Assembly (NCBI GenBank): GCA_017462565.1
Contig: JAFTQW010000015.1
Span: 16,109 to 80,108, forward strand
Origin: Ruminococcus sp.
Lineage (GTDB): Bacteria > Bacillota > Clostridia > Oscillospirales > Ruminococcaceae
Direction: 5' to 3'
DNA: 64,000 nt
Shown in pieces: positions 1-9,543 of the stretch (the first letter of the stretch is position 1; every line of letters starts with the position of its first letter). Under the pieces are notes generated by a model. The model did not search any database. It was not told the origin of the DNA and was given only the letters and a program-made list of their open reading frames with translations. The translations under genes were made by a program, and so were the position numbers.

Positions 1-13
1 GATGAACTCCTTT

Positions 14-56
14 CAAAAAAATCTGTATCCGGAAATTAATTGCTCCGGATACAGAT
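14..56 (-). terminator. Rho-independent terminator after the 62..2599 gene
   Basis: Inverted repeat ATCTGTATCCGGA (21-33) / TCCGGATACAGAT (44-56). On the minus strand it is followed by a T7 run (A-run 14-20 on +). Confidence 0.7.
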
Positions 57-61
57 TAAAA

Positions 62-2599
62 TCAAAGTTTTTTAATACTTACAGCTATATAGGTTAAAAC
101 AGAGCAAACCAAATTATATACGATAAGAGCCGTTGCCGACATATAGACGTAATTTGTTTCAAATGCTTTTGAAAGAATCATCAGCATTCCAAGACCGAAT
201 CCAAGGATGATCGAAACGGTCTGAAAAATAAGTCCGATTATAACAGCGGAATGAACAACCTTTGTTCCTATAATAAGCTGTGCAAATGAAGTGAATTTTC
301 CTGTCGTTGCCATAGAAGCGCTTAAACGGACGGCTTTTTTCGATTCTTCATCAAAATCATCGTGAAGTCTTTTCGGAAGAATTCTTATCATTTCTTCAGG
401 AACTCCGAAAAGCAAACTGATTTTTTTAAGAGAAATACAAGGGTCAACGCTTTTCAGTATCATACAAACCTTGCTTTTGCAAAGTCTTTTCGCCCATTTT
501 TTAACATTCTTATCGGCAGTGATATCAACAATGAACATAGCCGCAAGATTGCCTGATAACGAAAGATAAAGAGCTTCCTGATTAGCGGAAGTTATCTCCG
601 CCTCTTTGGTTTTGGTGGGAATGCCTTCGATATTATGACTGGTCATGAGTTCCCGGTTTCCGAAAAGAAGACGCTTATTGTTTATCCAGCCGCAGATTCC
701 CATAGATTCCTCAAAGGAGTAGTTATCGATCTGGTAAAGATATTCTTCTCTTCCTTCGGTTACATCCTTGAAAAGCATACGCATAATACTTCCGGCATGA
801 TAAGTAAGGCTGGCGGCTTCGAGAAGAGCTTCATCAATTTTAGTATTTGAAAATACCTTTATTCCTGCAAGTTTGACTGTTCCGTCAGGGAAGAGCGAAT
901 CTGCATTGACAAGTACTGAATTTGTATCGTAAAAATCATCTACGCTCTGATAGCCGAGCATAATTCCCTTATTCGGAAAAACCGCAGCGGCAGTATTCTC
1001 AAGGGGAATGTTAACGACAAAAGGCATGGCGATACATGAAGTTGCGCATATAAGCATACTGAATATCGAAAAACCGAAAGCGGCAGATTCAAGCGTAGCA
1101 AGAGTTCCCTTAGTGAAAAATGTAAGGAAGCAGGATACGATTACAGAAACGATAAGGCAGAACGGTGTCGCCTTGTGACAGTATGTATCCGCCATATCTG
1201 ATGAATAAGTATAACGCAGAAAATCGGTAAGAAAATCGGTTTTTCTTGTTGAGGCAAGAATTGGAAAATCTCCGAGTGTTCCTCGTGTGAGCCGTTCCGC
1301 ACGTTCTTCGTCTGTTACATAAACAACGCCTGTCCGGTCGAAATTTTTTGAAACAAACTTAAAGTTTCTTGCGGCACGCCGTACGATAAGAAGCTTTCCC
1401 AGCGAATTGATAAGCAAAGCCATTATTCCGACTGGCATATAGATATGAATGTTACCCTGAGAAGCCATTTCTGGTTTGAGTAAAGCCGGAATCAAAGCTA
1501 TAATGCATGAAAGAGCCGTTACAGCAGTCATTGAATCGGTATCGGCTGAAAGAGTTAAAACCTTTTTCAATCCCTTTGAAATAACAGGCATGGAAGAGAT
1601 GACTGCAATTATGCCAAGCAGCAGATGAACTGCGATATATGCTTTTGTATTGCTTTTTTCAAGAATATTTATCAAGGGCAGACCAAATTGGTTGGCGACC
1701 GTTATAAAAATACTGAGGAATGCGGTCATTGCAAGAATGCAGACACGCACATTTATAGTGCTTTTCAGTTCGTAGATATCACGTCCGACATCCTCGACGT
1801 CGCCGTAATAATTAAAGTCAACGATACGCTTTGTACGTTTTTTCCTTGATTTTGCAGAAAGATATTCATCCTGTTCCTGAGTTATGTGAACATCAAGAGC
1901 GCCGGCGTCTACTTCCGCTTTTTCGCTTAGATTAATGCTTGTCTTTTCTGCTCTTGGAGCGGGTTCAACAGGTTTTGCAGCTTCAACGGCAGCAGGAGAG
2001 GGGACGATATCGGTGATCTGTTTTCTTCCTTCGGGACTGTCGTATTCCGCTTCGATTTGCGCACGGCTGCGCTTTTTCTTTTTGAAGGACGGTGGAGTGT
2101 ATATATATTCTCCGTCAAGGCTTTCATAATTATAAGTGTAATCTGCTTTTTTCTTTCTCTTTTTTTTCTTGCTCTTTTTCAGATTTTCGATTTCCTTGGC
2201 ACGGGTAGAATCGCTCATACGTCTGATTTGCGGAGCTGAGCCGGGGGATAGCTGAGTAGGTGGGATAGTTCCGGTGTTGGCAGAAGCTGATTTCTGATGA
2301 GTTACAGTGCGTATACTTCCGATATTGTCTTTATCAACGACAGAGATTCGTTTTTTTGAAAGATCCTCCGGCTTGAATTCGTCCGCCGGAGTCTGCTGAC
2401 GAAGAGCTCCGTCAAAAAGATTTGATTTTTTATGTGAATGAATAGGTGAAGAAGCTTGTTCAACGCTTGTTTCCGAAGCTTTTAGCGTTGAATTGAGAAT
2501 TTTCTGAGCGTCAACACGTCCCACCTGAGTTTTCGGCGATTGATTTTCGGGAGAATACTCGTTCAGAATATCCTCCAAAGATAATTTCTGATCCGGCAT
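62..2599 (-). CDS. Membrane protein with a long Lys/Ser/Glu-rich N-terminal region and a degenerate P-type-ATPase-like C-terminal half
   Basis: ORF 62..2644. The internal ATG at 2599 has AAGGAG 7 nt upstream and avoids overlap with rlmB. The first ~290 aa are low complexity (KKSKKKKRKKK), followed by several hydrophobic helices. The C-terminal half resembles P/N domains, but DKTGT is replaced by VNADSLFPDGTVK and no TGES or GDGxND is visible. Confidence 0.55.
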   Translation of the reverse strand: MPDQKLSLEDILNEYSPENQSPKTQVGRVDAQKILNSTLKASETSVEQASSPIHSHKKSNLFDGALRQQTPADEFKPEDLSKKRISVVDKDNIGSIRTVTHQKSASANTGTIPPTQLSPGSAPQIRRMSDSTRAKEIENLKKSKKKKRKKKADYTYNYESLDGEYIYTPPSFKKKKRSRAQIEAEYDSPEGRKQITDIVPSPAAVEAAKPVEPAPRAEKTSINLSEKAEVDAGALDVHITQEQDEYLSAKSRKKRTKRIVDFNYYGDVEDVGRDIYELKSTINVRVCILAMTAFLSIFITVANQFGLPLINILEKSNTKAYIAVHLLLGIIAVISSMPVISKGLKKVLTLSADTDSMTAVTALSCIIALIPALLKPEMASQGNIHIYMPVGIMALLINSLGKLLIVRRAARNFKFVSKNFDRTGVVYVTDEERAERLTRGTLGDFPILASTRKTDFLTDFLRYTYSSDMADTYCHKATPFCLIVSVIVSCFLTFFTKGTLATLESAAFGFSIFSMLICATSCIAMPFVVNIPLENTAAAVFPNKGIMLGYQSVDDFYDTNSVLVNADSLFPDGTVKLAGIKVFSNTKIDEALLEAASLTYHAGSIMRMLFKDVTEGREEYLYQIDNYSFEESMGICGWINNKRLLFGNRELMTSHNIEGIPTKTKEAEITSANQEALYLSLSGNLAAMFIVDITADKNVKKWAKRLCKSKVCMILKSVDPCISLKKISLLFGVPEEMIRILPKRLHDDFDEESKKAVRLSASMATTGKFTSFAQLIIGTKVVHSAVIIGLIFQTVSIILGFGLGMLMILSKAFETNYVYMSATALIVYNLVCSVLTYIAVSIKKL

Positions 2600-2612
2600 A
2601 TTGATTCTCCTT

Positions 2613-3377
2613 TTATGAGATTCTGCGCTGTCTGAGCGCCTCATACATAAAAATTCCGGCGGCTACAGAAGCGTTAAGGGAGTTTATTTTGCCCATCATA
2701 GGCAGTTTTATCATAAAATCGCATTTTTTCTGAATTAGTTTGCTTATTCCGAATCCTTCTGAACCGATAACGAGAGCACAGCTTCCGGTTAAATCTGTTT
2801 CGGAATAATCGCTTCCGGATGCGTCTGTTCCGTAAATCCAGACTCCGTTTTCTTTAAGAGTGTCGATACAGGAGGCAAGATTTGAAACTCTTGCAACGGG
2901 AACATAGCTTGCCGCTCCGGCAGAGGTTTTAAAAACAGTCGAATTCAGCGAAGCGCTGCGGCGTTTAGGAATTATAACACCGTCTGCACCGGAAGTTTCA
3001 GCTGTTCTTATAATTGCGCCGAGGTTATGCGGATCTTCGATCTCATCGCAGATAATAATGAAAGGCTTAGTACCTTTTTTTTGCGAAACGGCGAGAATAT
3101 CCTCAACTGAGACATACTGTCCGCAGGCTCCGAAAGCTACAACTCCCTGATGGGAAGCTCCGCCGGATAGCTGAGATAGTTTTTTATCCTGAGCGTCTTT
3201 AACCACAATATTATTTTCTTTTGCAAGACGACGGATAAGATTAAGGCTTCCGCCTGTTCCGTTTATGTAAATAGTGTCAAGCTGAGCGCCTGATTTAATA
3301 GCTTCAATAACGGGATTTCTGCCGCATATTATGTTATCGGCATCATTGTTTAAATTTTTTTCTTTTTCCATTTGCAT
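2613..3377 (-). CDS. rlmB: 23S rRNA (guanosine-2'-O)-methyltransferase, SpoU/TrmH family (RlmB-like)
   Basis: 254 aa. N-terminal substrate-binding region (GRNPVIEA), then SpoU motifs (DPHNLGAIIRTA, LVIGSEGFGIS, SLNASVAAGI). Confidence 0.85.
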   Translation of the reverse strand: MQMEKEKNLNNDADNIICGRNPVIEAIKSGAQLDTIYINGTGGSLNLIRRLAKENNIVVKDAQDKKLSQLSGGASHQGVVAFGACGQYVSVEDILAVSQKKGTKPFIIICDEIEDPHNLGAIIRTAETSGADGVIIPKRRSASLNSTVFKTSAGAASYVPVARVSNLASCIDTLKENGVWIYGTDASGSDYSETDLTGSCALVIGSEGFGISKLIQKKCDFMIKLPMMGKINSLNASVAAGIFMYEALRQRRIS

Positions 3378-3516
3378 CCTTTCAGAGGAATCCTCCTCTT
3401 CTCCTTTTGTTCTTTTTTACGCAGTATTACGCTATGTATCATTATATCATCTATAAGCCAAAAATACAAGTATTTTTTTAGATGTTTCTTTTGTATTTTT
3501 CTGGAAAATAATGGGA

Positions 3517-4359
3517 TTAACTGTCAATTTCAATCACGGTAAATTCCGGACGGTTAAAAATTCTCGGAATGAAAATCATTCTCAGCGGCTTGGCAAGTCC
3601 CTTGCTTATTATATGAACTGATTTGCCATTATTGTAATCGAACATTCCGTTGGTATAGTCGGGGAATAAGCCCTGATCGGGAGCATAGAGTCCTTGTTCG
3701 AGAATAAAAGGTATGCGCCATTGTCCTCCATGAGCGTGACCGGAGAGAATAAGATCAAATTTAACATCCCCGCTGTCGAGATATCTTTCATATTGTTCCG
3801 GCTGATGGGCGATAAGGATATTGTAAAAGTCGTTATCGAGGGTTTTAAAGGAATTTTTCAGCTGATCGTCCTTGTAAGCATTTATTACGCCGTAAATTCG
3901 GATCGGTTGATTTTTTATATCCAGCTCGAAATAATCTCCCATTGGAACGGAAATCCCAAGCAATTTTACCTCTTCGATAAAGCTTTCTTCATCGTCCCGC
4001 ATTCCCTCATGATTTCCGGGAGTGTAGAAGCAGCGGTAATTTTCCGCAGCCCATTTCATTAGAGTAAGCACGTGTTTAGTGCCGCCCCATTGGTCAACAA
4101 CGTCGCCGCCGAAAATTACGATATCGGGTTCAGCGCTTTCGATTTCCTCGATAAGACCGGACTGATCTGTTCCACCGAAAAAGCAGTTATGAAGGTCTGA
4201 AATAAAGACGATTTTCAAGCCGTTCGGGATTTTATCAGATTTTATTTTATAGTTAACTGTTTGAAGCATAAATCCCCATATATAGAGCAAAATTATGACG
4301 GCGGCAGTTATTCCGATAAAAATAAGCCGTCCTCGGAGCTTTTTGCGTTTTTCAGTCAT
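3517..4359 (-). CDS. Membrane-anchored calcineurin-like metallophosphoesterase
   Basis: N-terminal TM helix. Metallophosphoesterase motifs in order: SDLHN, GGDVVD, GNHE, IAHQP, GHAHGG. Confidence 0.85.
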   Translation of the reverse strand: MTEKRKKLRGRLIFIGITAAVIILLYIWGFMLQTVNYKIKSDKIPNGLKIVFISDLHNCFFGGTDQSGLIEEIESAEPDIVIFGGDVVDQWGGTKHVLTLMKWAAENYRCFYTPGNHEGMRDDEESFIEEVKLLGISVPMGDYFELDIKNQPIRIYGVINAYKDDQLKNSFKTLDNDFYNILIAHQPEQYERYLDSGDVKFDLILSGHAHGGQWRIPFILEQGLYAPDQGLFPDYTNGMFDYNNGKSVHIISKGLAKPLRMIFIPRIFNRPEFTVIEIDS

Positions 4360-4451
4360 TCTATTTTCTCCTTTTAGGATTATTTATAATATATTATACA
4401 CCCTGAAATATTTAATTGCAATAGACAGAGATAATGTTTTACAAATTTTTT

Positions 4452-4501
4452 GCAAAAGCTAAGAACCTGTCCGCATAATTTTTATGTAGACAGGTTCTTA
4501 G
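4452..4501 (-). terminator. Terminator of the ychF/ttcA-like transcription unit
   Basis: 13-bp inverted repeat CTAAGAACCTGTC (4459-4471) / GACAGGTTCTTAG (4489-4501). It overlaps the 3' end of the CDS and is followed on the minus strand by CTTTTGCAAAAAATTT. Confidence 0.55.
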
Positions 4502-5393
4502 GACTGCTTATATATTTTTTATTTCGAGTGCCTTTAACAGTGATTCCTTCATCGTAATCATCAAGAAAACTGTGATAGTTTTCACCGTCATGATATGAAA
4601 TAAGCGTTCGCAGATTGACATTTTCGGCGCTTCTGAAAATATTCATATCGACTGCCGGATTTGATTTGCGAAGCTCGTTAAGAAGTTTTTTTATCTCATA
4701 ACGCTTAGAGCCGTTTCCGCCGGAAGAATTTTTTTCCGTAATACGGCAGGCGCACTGAGAAAAACTCAATCCGCAGTATTTCTGCCATTTTATAATATCC
4801 TCTTCACGAACGAGATACAGCGGGCGGATAACCTGCATTCCGCTGTAATTTTCACTGTGAAGTTTTGGCATCATAGTCTGCATCTGCGAGCCGTAAAGCA
4901 TTCCCATGAGAATTGTTTCGATAACGTCGTCGAAATGGTGACCGAGTGCAATTTTATTGCATCCAAGCTGCATAGCAGTTTTATAAAGCCAGCCTCTTCT
5001 CAGCCTTGAACAGAGAAAGCATGGATTGCCGCTGCTTTTTTGAACGGAATCGAAAATTTTTGTATTATGCATTTCAACAGGAATATGCAGTCTGCGGCAG
5101 TTATCAAGAATATTTTCACGGACTTCATCGGTGAATCCAGCGTCCATAGCGAGAAAAACGGCTTCAAAGGACGTTTTTCCAAAGCGTTCAAGTCTTTGCA
5201 TACACTTAGCTAAGAGCATGGAATCCTTGCCTCCGGAAATGCAGACCGCAATCCTGTCGCCGTTATTTATGAGCGAATATTCACGGATTCCTTTATTAAA
5301 CTTAGTCCAGATAGCTTTGTTGAAAACTCCGGCGATCGCTTCTTCAGCGTCATCCGGAATTGACTTGAAGCTGCTATTCATCAGATCAGACAT
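4482..5393 (-). CDS. ttcA: PP-loop ATPase, TtcA-family tRNA 2-thiolation protein
   Basis: SGGKDS PP-loop. Cys motifs CFLCSRLRRG and CACR are typical of TtcA-type Fe-S tRNA thiolases. The start overlaps the ychF stop by 8 nt. Confidence 0.7.
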   Translation of the reverse strand: MSDLMNSSFKSIPDDAEEAIAGVFNKAIWTKFNKGIREYSLINNGDRIAVCISGGKDSMLLAKCMQRLERFGKTSFEAVFLAMDAGFTDEVRENILDNCRRLHIPVEMHNTKIFDSVQKSSGNPCFLCSRLRRGWLYKTAMQLGCNKIALGHHFDDVIETILMGMLYGSQMQTMMPKLHSENYSGMQVIRPLYLVREEDIIKWQKYCGLSFSQCACRITEKNSSGGNGSKRYEIKKLLNELRKSNPAVDMNIFRSAENVNLRTLISYHDGENYHSFLDDYDEGITVKGTRNKKYISSPKNLST

Positions 5394-6480
5394 TGAAGCG
5401 GAAAAGAACTATATCGCCGTCCTGCATAACGTATTCTTTACCCTCAAGGCGAACAAGACCTTTTTCCTTTGCAGCAGCCATAGAACCGCATTCCATAAGA
5501 TCGTTAAATGAGATAACCTCGGCACGGATGAAGCCTTTTTCAAAGTCTGTATGTATCTTTCCGGCAGCCTGAGGAGCTTTTGTGCCGTTAGTAATAGTCC
5601 ATGCACGAACCTCCTGCTTTCCGGCTGTGAGATAAGAAATGAGTCCGAGCAGAGCGTATCCTTCTTTTATAATACGATTAAGACCAGAAACCTCAAGACC
5701 GAGTTCGCTGAGGAACATAGCCTTATCTTCGGCTTCCATATCGGAAATTTCAGCTTCTATCTGAGCGCAGATAGGAAGAACAGCCGAGTGTTCTTCAGCG
5801 GCAAGCTCCTTGACCTTTTTGTAGTTTTCATTCGTTTCAATGTTATTAACGAAGTCATCCTCGCTGAGATTAGCGGCATAAATAACTGGTTTTGCCGAAA
5901 GCAGGGGAGTGGATTTTATAAGTTCACGTTCGTCATCGGTGAAATCAAATCCTCTTGCAGATTTTCCGTTTTCGAGATGAGCTTTGAGACGTTCAAGAAA
6001 ATCAATTTCGATAAGATATTTTTTATCGCCCTTAACAGCTTTTTTAGCACGGTCAATACGTCTGTCGATCATTTCGATATCGGAGAAGATAAGTTCAAGA
6101 TTTATGGTTTCGATATCACGCAACGGATTAATGCTTCCGTCAACGTGGATAATATTTGCGTCCTCGAAGCATCTTACGACGTGAACGATAGCGTCAACCT
6201 CTCTTATATCGGCGAGAAATTTATTTCCAAGACCTTCGCCCTTTGAAGCGCCTTTTACAAGACCGGCGATATCCACAAACTCCAGCGTTGCGGGAGTAAA
6301 TTTATCCGGTTCATACATTTCTGCAAGCTTATCAAGACGTTCATCGGGGACGGAAACGATTCCGACATTTTTCTCGATAGTGCAGAAAGGGTAATTTGCG
6401 GATTCTGCTCCTGCGTTTGTAAGTGCGTTAAAAAGAGTACTTTTGCCGACATTCGGCAGACCAACCATTCCAAGCTTCAT
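5386..6480 (-). CDS. ychF: Ribosome-binding ATPase YchF
   Basis: MKLGMVGLPNVGKSTLFNALT P-loop, YPFCTIEKNVG, and a TGS-like C-terminus (DFEKGFIRAEV). Length 364 aa. Confidence 0.95.
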   Translation of the reverse strand: MKLGMVGLPNVGKSTLFNALTNAGAESANYPFCTIEKNVGIVSVPDERLDKLAEMYEPDKFTPATLEFVDIAGLVKGASKGEGLGNKFLADIREVDAIVHVVRCFEDANIIHVDGSINPLRDIETINLELIFSDIEMIDRRIDRAKKAVKGDKKYLIEIDFLERLKAHLENGKSARGFDFTDDERELIKSTPLLSAKPVIYAANLSEDDFVNNIETNENYKKVKELAAEEHSAVLPICAQIEAEISDMEAEDKAMFLSELGLEVSGLNRIIKEGYALLGLISYLTAGKQEVRAWTITNGTKAPQAAGKIHTDFEKGFIRAEVISFNDLMECGSMAAAKEKGLVRLEGKEYVMQDGDIVLFRFNV

Positions 6481-6499
6481 TTAATTAACATATCCTTTC

Positions 6500-9238
6500 T
6501 TATTGCTCTTCGTGAACAATTCTTTTATTATTGACAAGTGAATTCACAGTAGAATTCTGAATTTTAAGTTCTCCTCCGGCAGTTCCGATATCAAGAGGCT
6601 GAGCCGCAAGAACGTTCAAAGTAACGGCAGAATCTATTACAGAAACATTTCCCGAACCGGATGAATCGCCGATGCCGGTAATTTCATCGCCTTCGGAATC
6701 AATAATTATCTCGGCATTTTCGATAATTGCATTAACGCTTCCGCCGATCGCTCCTATGCATGAATGCTTAGCGGAACGCATTTTCATACTGATTTTGCCT
6801 TTTTTGATGTAAACGCTGCCCTCACCGTCTTCAAGAACTCCGATTCCGACTGCCTGTGCGCCTGTACATGACATACTTATATCGGCAGAGGACGTAATAG
6901 TTGCGATACCGTTTGTACTTCCGATTCCGGTAACTTTAATTCCCGAAATGGTAATATCAAGACTGCATTTTTCAGAGATCTCAATATTTGCGTCACCGTT
7001 AAAGCTTCCGACAGCAAGTCCGTTATGCGAATACATATAAATCCGGATTTTTCCTGACATCAGGTTTATCTCCGATTCACTGTCGTTATAGCCGCCTCCG
7101 ATGCAGAGACATTCGATGCTGTTGCATATAATTTCCAACGAACCAGTAGTATTGATGGAAATATCGCCGTAACCATGATCGTAGTCGTTTCCGATACCGA
7201 TACCGTCAGCAGCATAGCAGTCGATAGTGAGAGAACCTGTTCCGGTAAGCTCAAACTGCGAGCCCATCGGTACATAGATTCCGGAATAGCCGAGTTTATT
7301 TGTTTTAACTACATTAAGCGAAAGACGGGCGTATTCTCCTACTGATATAGTAGGCTTGCTGTTTCCGCTTGTTATATTAACGTTTTTAAGGGTAAGATCG
7401 CAGCTATGATTATCCATAATGGAGATGTTCATTTTAACCGATTTTTCAGGATCTCCGATAATAGTGAGCTGACTTTGATAAACATGGATATCGGTATATT
7501 TTTCAAGGGCAAGCTTAAGTATATCAAGTTCTGAATCATTTCTTGCCGCATAAATTTTCTTTATGCCGTCGGGACGTATTTCAAGATTAGTTTTGATTAT
7601 TTCATCTTTGACGTCTGCGGCAATGCTGTTAAGGAAAAGCGGCTTTGGTTTAGAGGCATAATATCCCTGAATAAGGTCAACTCCGAGTCTGATAAGCGTT
7701 TTTAGTTCCTGAACGGTTTCAACGCCTTCAGCAAGGGATTGAAGCTGATTATCATGACAAAATTCGATAATAGAAGTAACGAGCTGCTGCTTTTTCAGAT
7801 CGTTCTGAATATCGCTGATAAGCGAACGATCAATTTTTATATAGTCAGGAGCGTAATTCAGAAGATTTGAGCTGTTGGAATATCCTGAACCGTAATCGTC
7901 GATAGCGAGCTGGGCATGAGTAAAGCTGCATCTTTTTTTCAGAGCTTCCATTTCTTTAGCGGAAACATCACTGTATTCTACAATTTCAATAACAGTTTTT
8001 TCGATAAGCTCACCATATGTGAGATAAAGTTCGTTGTAATCATCGTCAGTGAGCAGAGAATTCGGAAGACAGTTTATAAAAAGCTTTTTATTTTCAAAAA
8101 CCTTCTGATTATCGCTGAGCATTTTCAGAGTATTGAAGAAAGTCAGCTTTTCAATTGCGTAGAGATTGTTCTGATTTCCGGCAATTTTCAATATCTGCTT
8201 CGGAGTCATTTTAATATCGCCGGTTGTACGCATAAGAGCTTCATAAGCGACGATTTCACCCGTATTTGTTTCAACAATAGGCTGAAAATAATATGTAAGA
8301 AGATTTTCACGTATTATCCGTGAGAAAAGCAGAGCGTTTCTATACGAATCCTTTTCACGGATATAGCTTTCCTCTGAGAACCAGTTTATAACGCCTCTGC
8401 GGCCGTTTCTGGCTTCGTAAAGAGCGAATTCCGAATAATTCACCAGCATATTGAAGTCAGAAGCTTCATCCGGATAAGATGAACAGCCAATAGAAAGACT
8501 AAGACGGCTTTTATCGGAAATATCAATAATTTCTCCGAAATTATCGGTAAGAACGCAGTTCTGAACAGCTTCATCCATACTGTTGAGAATATTATAGATG
8601 GTCATTCTGTCACAGTTGCGGAAGAATGCGCAGATCTCATAATTGGATTTCGAGCCGATTATAATATTTTCACCGGCGAATCCTTTAAGAGTTTCCGCAA
8701 CGGAAGTCAGACAGTTGTTGGTGCTGTCCACAGTCAGGTAAGAACCAAGCTTGTCCATGCCGTTGATGTAAAGAGTTGCAAGGCAGCAATTCTGAACTTC
8801 GGGCAGAAGGTTTTTTATTTTCTGAGAAAAAGACGGATAAGAGGGTAGACGTGTTATCGGATCATACTCAATAAATCCGTCCGACTTTTTCGTTTCGGTT
8901 ATCTGGCGTGTAAAATCCTGAATAAATCCGAGCCATTCATCGCTGCTTTCATAGATATTCATTTTAATAAATTTTGTAACATTATTTCTGCAAAATTTGT
9001 ATATATGCTTCTGACCTTCAACCGGATTTTTTGAAATTATTTCAAGAAGATTAAAAAATTCAAATTCATTAAGCTTATTAGAATTGCAGGCGAGCATACG
9101 GCATGAAGCATCGTCAAGGTAAGCCGCCTTATCCTTTGCAATATATGTAAAGGCTCCTATATTGCCTATAAACTGCTGAAAAACTTTCCAATCATGGCTT
9201 AGTTCCGGAGTTTTTTGCTCAAAATTAAAAATACTCAT
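6500..9238 (-). CDS. Cytoplasmic c-di-GMP phosphodiesterase: PAS-like N-terminus, degenerate GGDEF, intact EAL, and a ~350-aa GIG-repeat C-terminal module
   Basis: EAL signature residues are present (YEALMRT, NCLPN, EIVE, DDYGSGYS, KIDRS, AEGVET, QGYY). The GGDEF position reads GSKSNYE. The C-terminal aa ~555-905 carry about 8 Gly-Ile-Gly-type motifs spaced 27-33 aa apart. No signal peptide or TM helix is visible. Confidence 0.75.
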   Translation of the reverse strand: MSIFNFEQKTPELSHDWKVFQQFIGNIGAFTYIAKDKAAYLDDASCRMLACNSNKLNEFEFFNLLEIISKNPVEGQKHIYKFCRNNVTKFIKMNIYESSDEWLGFIQDFTRQITETKKSDGFIEYDPITRLPSYPSFSQKIKNLLPEVQNCCLATLYINGMDKLGSYLTVDSTNNCLTSVAETLKGFAGENIIIGSKSNYEICAFFRNCDRMTIYNILNSMDEAVQNCVLTDNFGEIIDISDKSRLSLSIGCSSYPDEASDFNMLVNYSEFALYEARNGRRGVINWFSEESYIREKDSYRNALLFSRIIRENLLTYYFQPIVETNTGEIVAYEALMRTTGDIKMTPKQILKIAGNQNNLYAIEKLTFFNTLKMLSDNQKVFENKKLFINCLPNSLLTDDDYNELYLTYGELIEKTVIEIVEYSDVSAKEMEALKKRCSFTHAQLAIDDYGSGYSNSSNLLNYAPDYIKIDRSLISDIQNDLKKQQLVTSIIEFCHDNQLQSLAEGVETVQELKTLIRLGVDLIQGYYASKPKPLFLNSIAADVKDEIIKTNLEIRPDGIKKIYAARNDSELDILKLALEKYTDIHVYQSQLTIIGDPEKSVKMNISIMDNHSCDLTLKNVNITSGNSKPTISVGEYARLSLNVVKTNKLGYSGIYVPMGSQFELTGTGSLTIDCYAADGIGIGNDYDHGYGDISINTTGSLEIICNSIECLCIGGGYNDSESEINLMSGKIRIYMYSHNGLAVGSFNGDANIEISEKCSLDITISGIKVTGIGSTNGIATITSSADISMSCTGAQAVGIGVLEDGEGSVYIKKGKISMKMRSAKHSCIGAIGGSVNAIIENAEIIIDSEGDEITGIGDSSGSGNVSVIDSAVTLNVLAAQPLDIGTAGGELKIQNSTVNSLVNNKRIVHEEQ

Positions 9239-9441
9239 AATTACTCCAATTACCGCATAATAATTTATGGAAGCACTGATTAAATCTGGTATGCAGGGTG
9301 CGCAGTCAGATTTTTCGTCGGATTATACAGAGACGATACAGACACGATTTATTCAGTGATTCCTTAGAAAAGAGACGAGGCTGCGGTTCTGCATTAAACG
9401 GTATGCAGACAACCGTGATTTCCGAACTTTATACATACATT
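9239..9441 (-). promoter_or_regulatory. Long (~200 nt) structured 5' leader of the EAL gene
   Basis: Lies between a consensus promoter and the start codon. Contains an 11-bp bulged stem CGGTTgTCTGCA...TGCAGAACCG and a 7-bp stem AAATCTG...CAGATTT. No coding potential. Confidence 0.45.
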
Positions 9442-9470
9442 ATTATACAGTAAAATCCATTCAAAGTCAA
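9442..9470 (-). promoter_or_regulatory. Sigma-A type promoter (TTGACT-17-TATAAT)
   Basis: Minus-strand TTGACT (9470-9465), a 17-nt spacer, then TATAAT (9447-9442). Confidence 0.7.
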
Positions 9471-9498
9471 TAAAAAACCAAAAAGTAAATGCAGCTTT

Positions 9499-9529
9499 CA
9501 AAAAAAATAAGCCGCCCTGACGGACGGCT
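9499..9529 (-). terminator. Terminator after rpoD
   Basis: GC-rich hairpin AGCCGTCC-GTCA-GGGCGGCT on the minus strand, followed by TATTTTTTTT. Confidence 0.75.
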
Positions 9530-9543
9530 GGTATGTACGGGTA

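Noticed and set aside
2140-2200. Purine/pyrimidine-skewed homopolymer-rich tract
   Set aside because: It encodes the KKSKKKKRKKK run of the 62..2599 protein in frame. There is no evidence of a frameshift or a phase-variation switch.
5551-6246. 231-aa ORF on the plus strand
   Set aside because: It is antisense to ychF, whose identity is unambiguous. It is a shadow ORF.
9239-9441. Possible c-di-GMP-I/II riboswitch in front of the EAL gene
   Set aside because: I could not find the conserved GEMM-I tetraloop/receptor core or the c-di-GMP-II pseudoknot sequences. It is therefore reported only as an unclassified structured leader.
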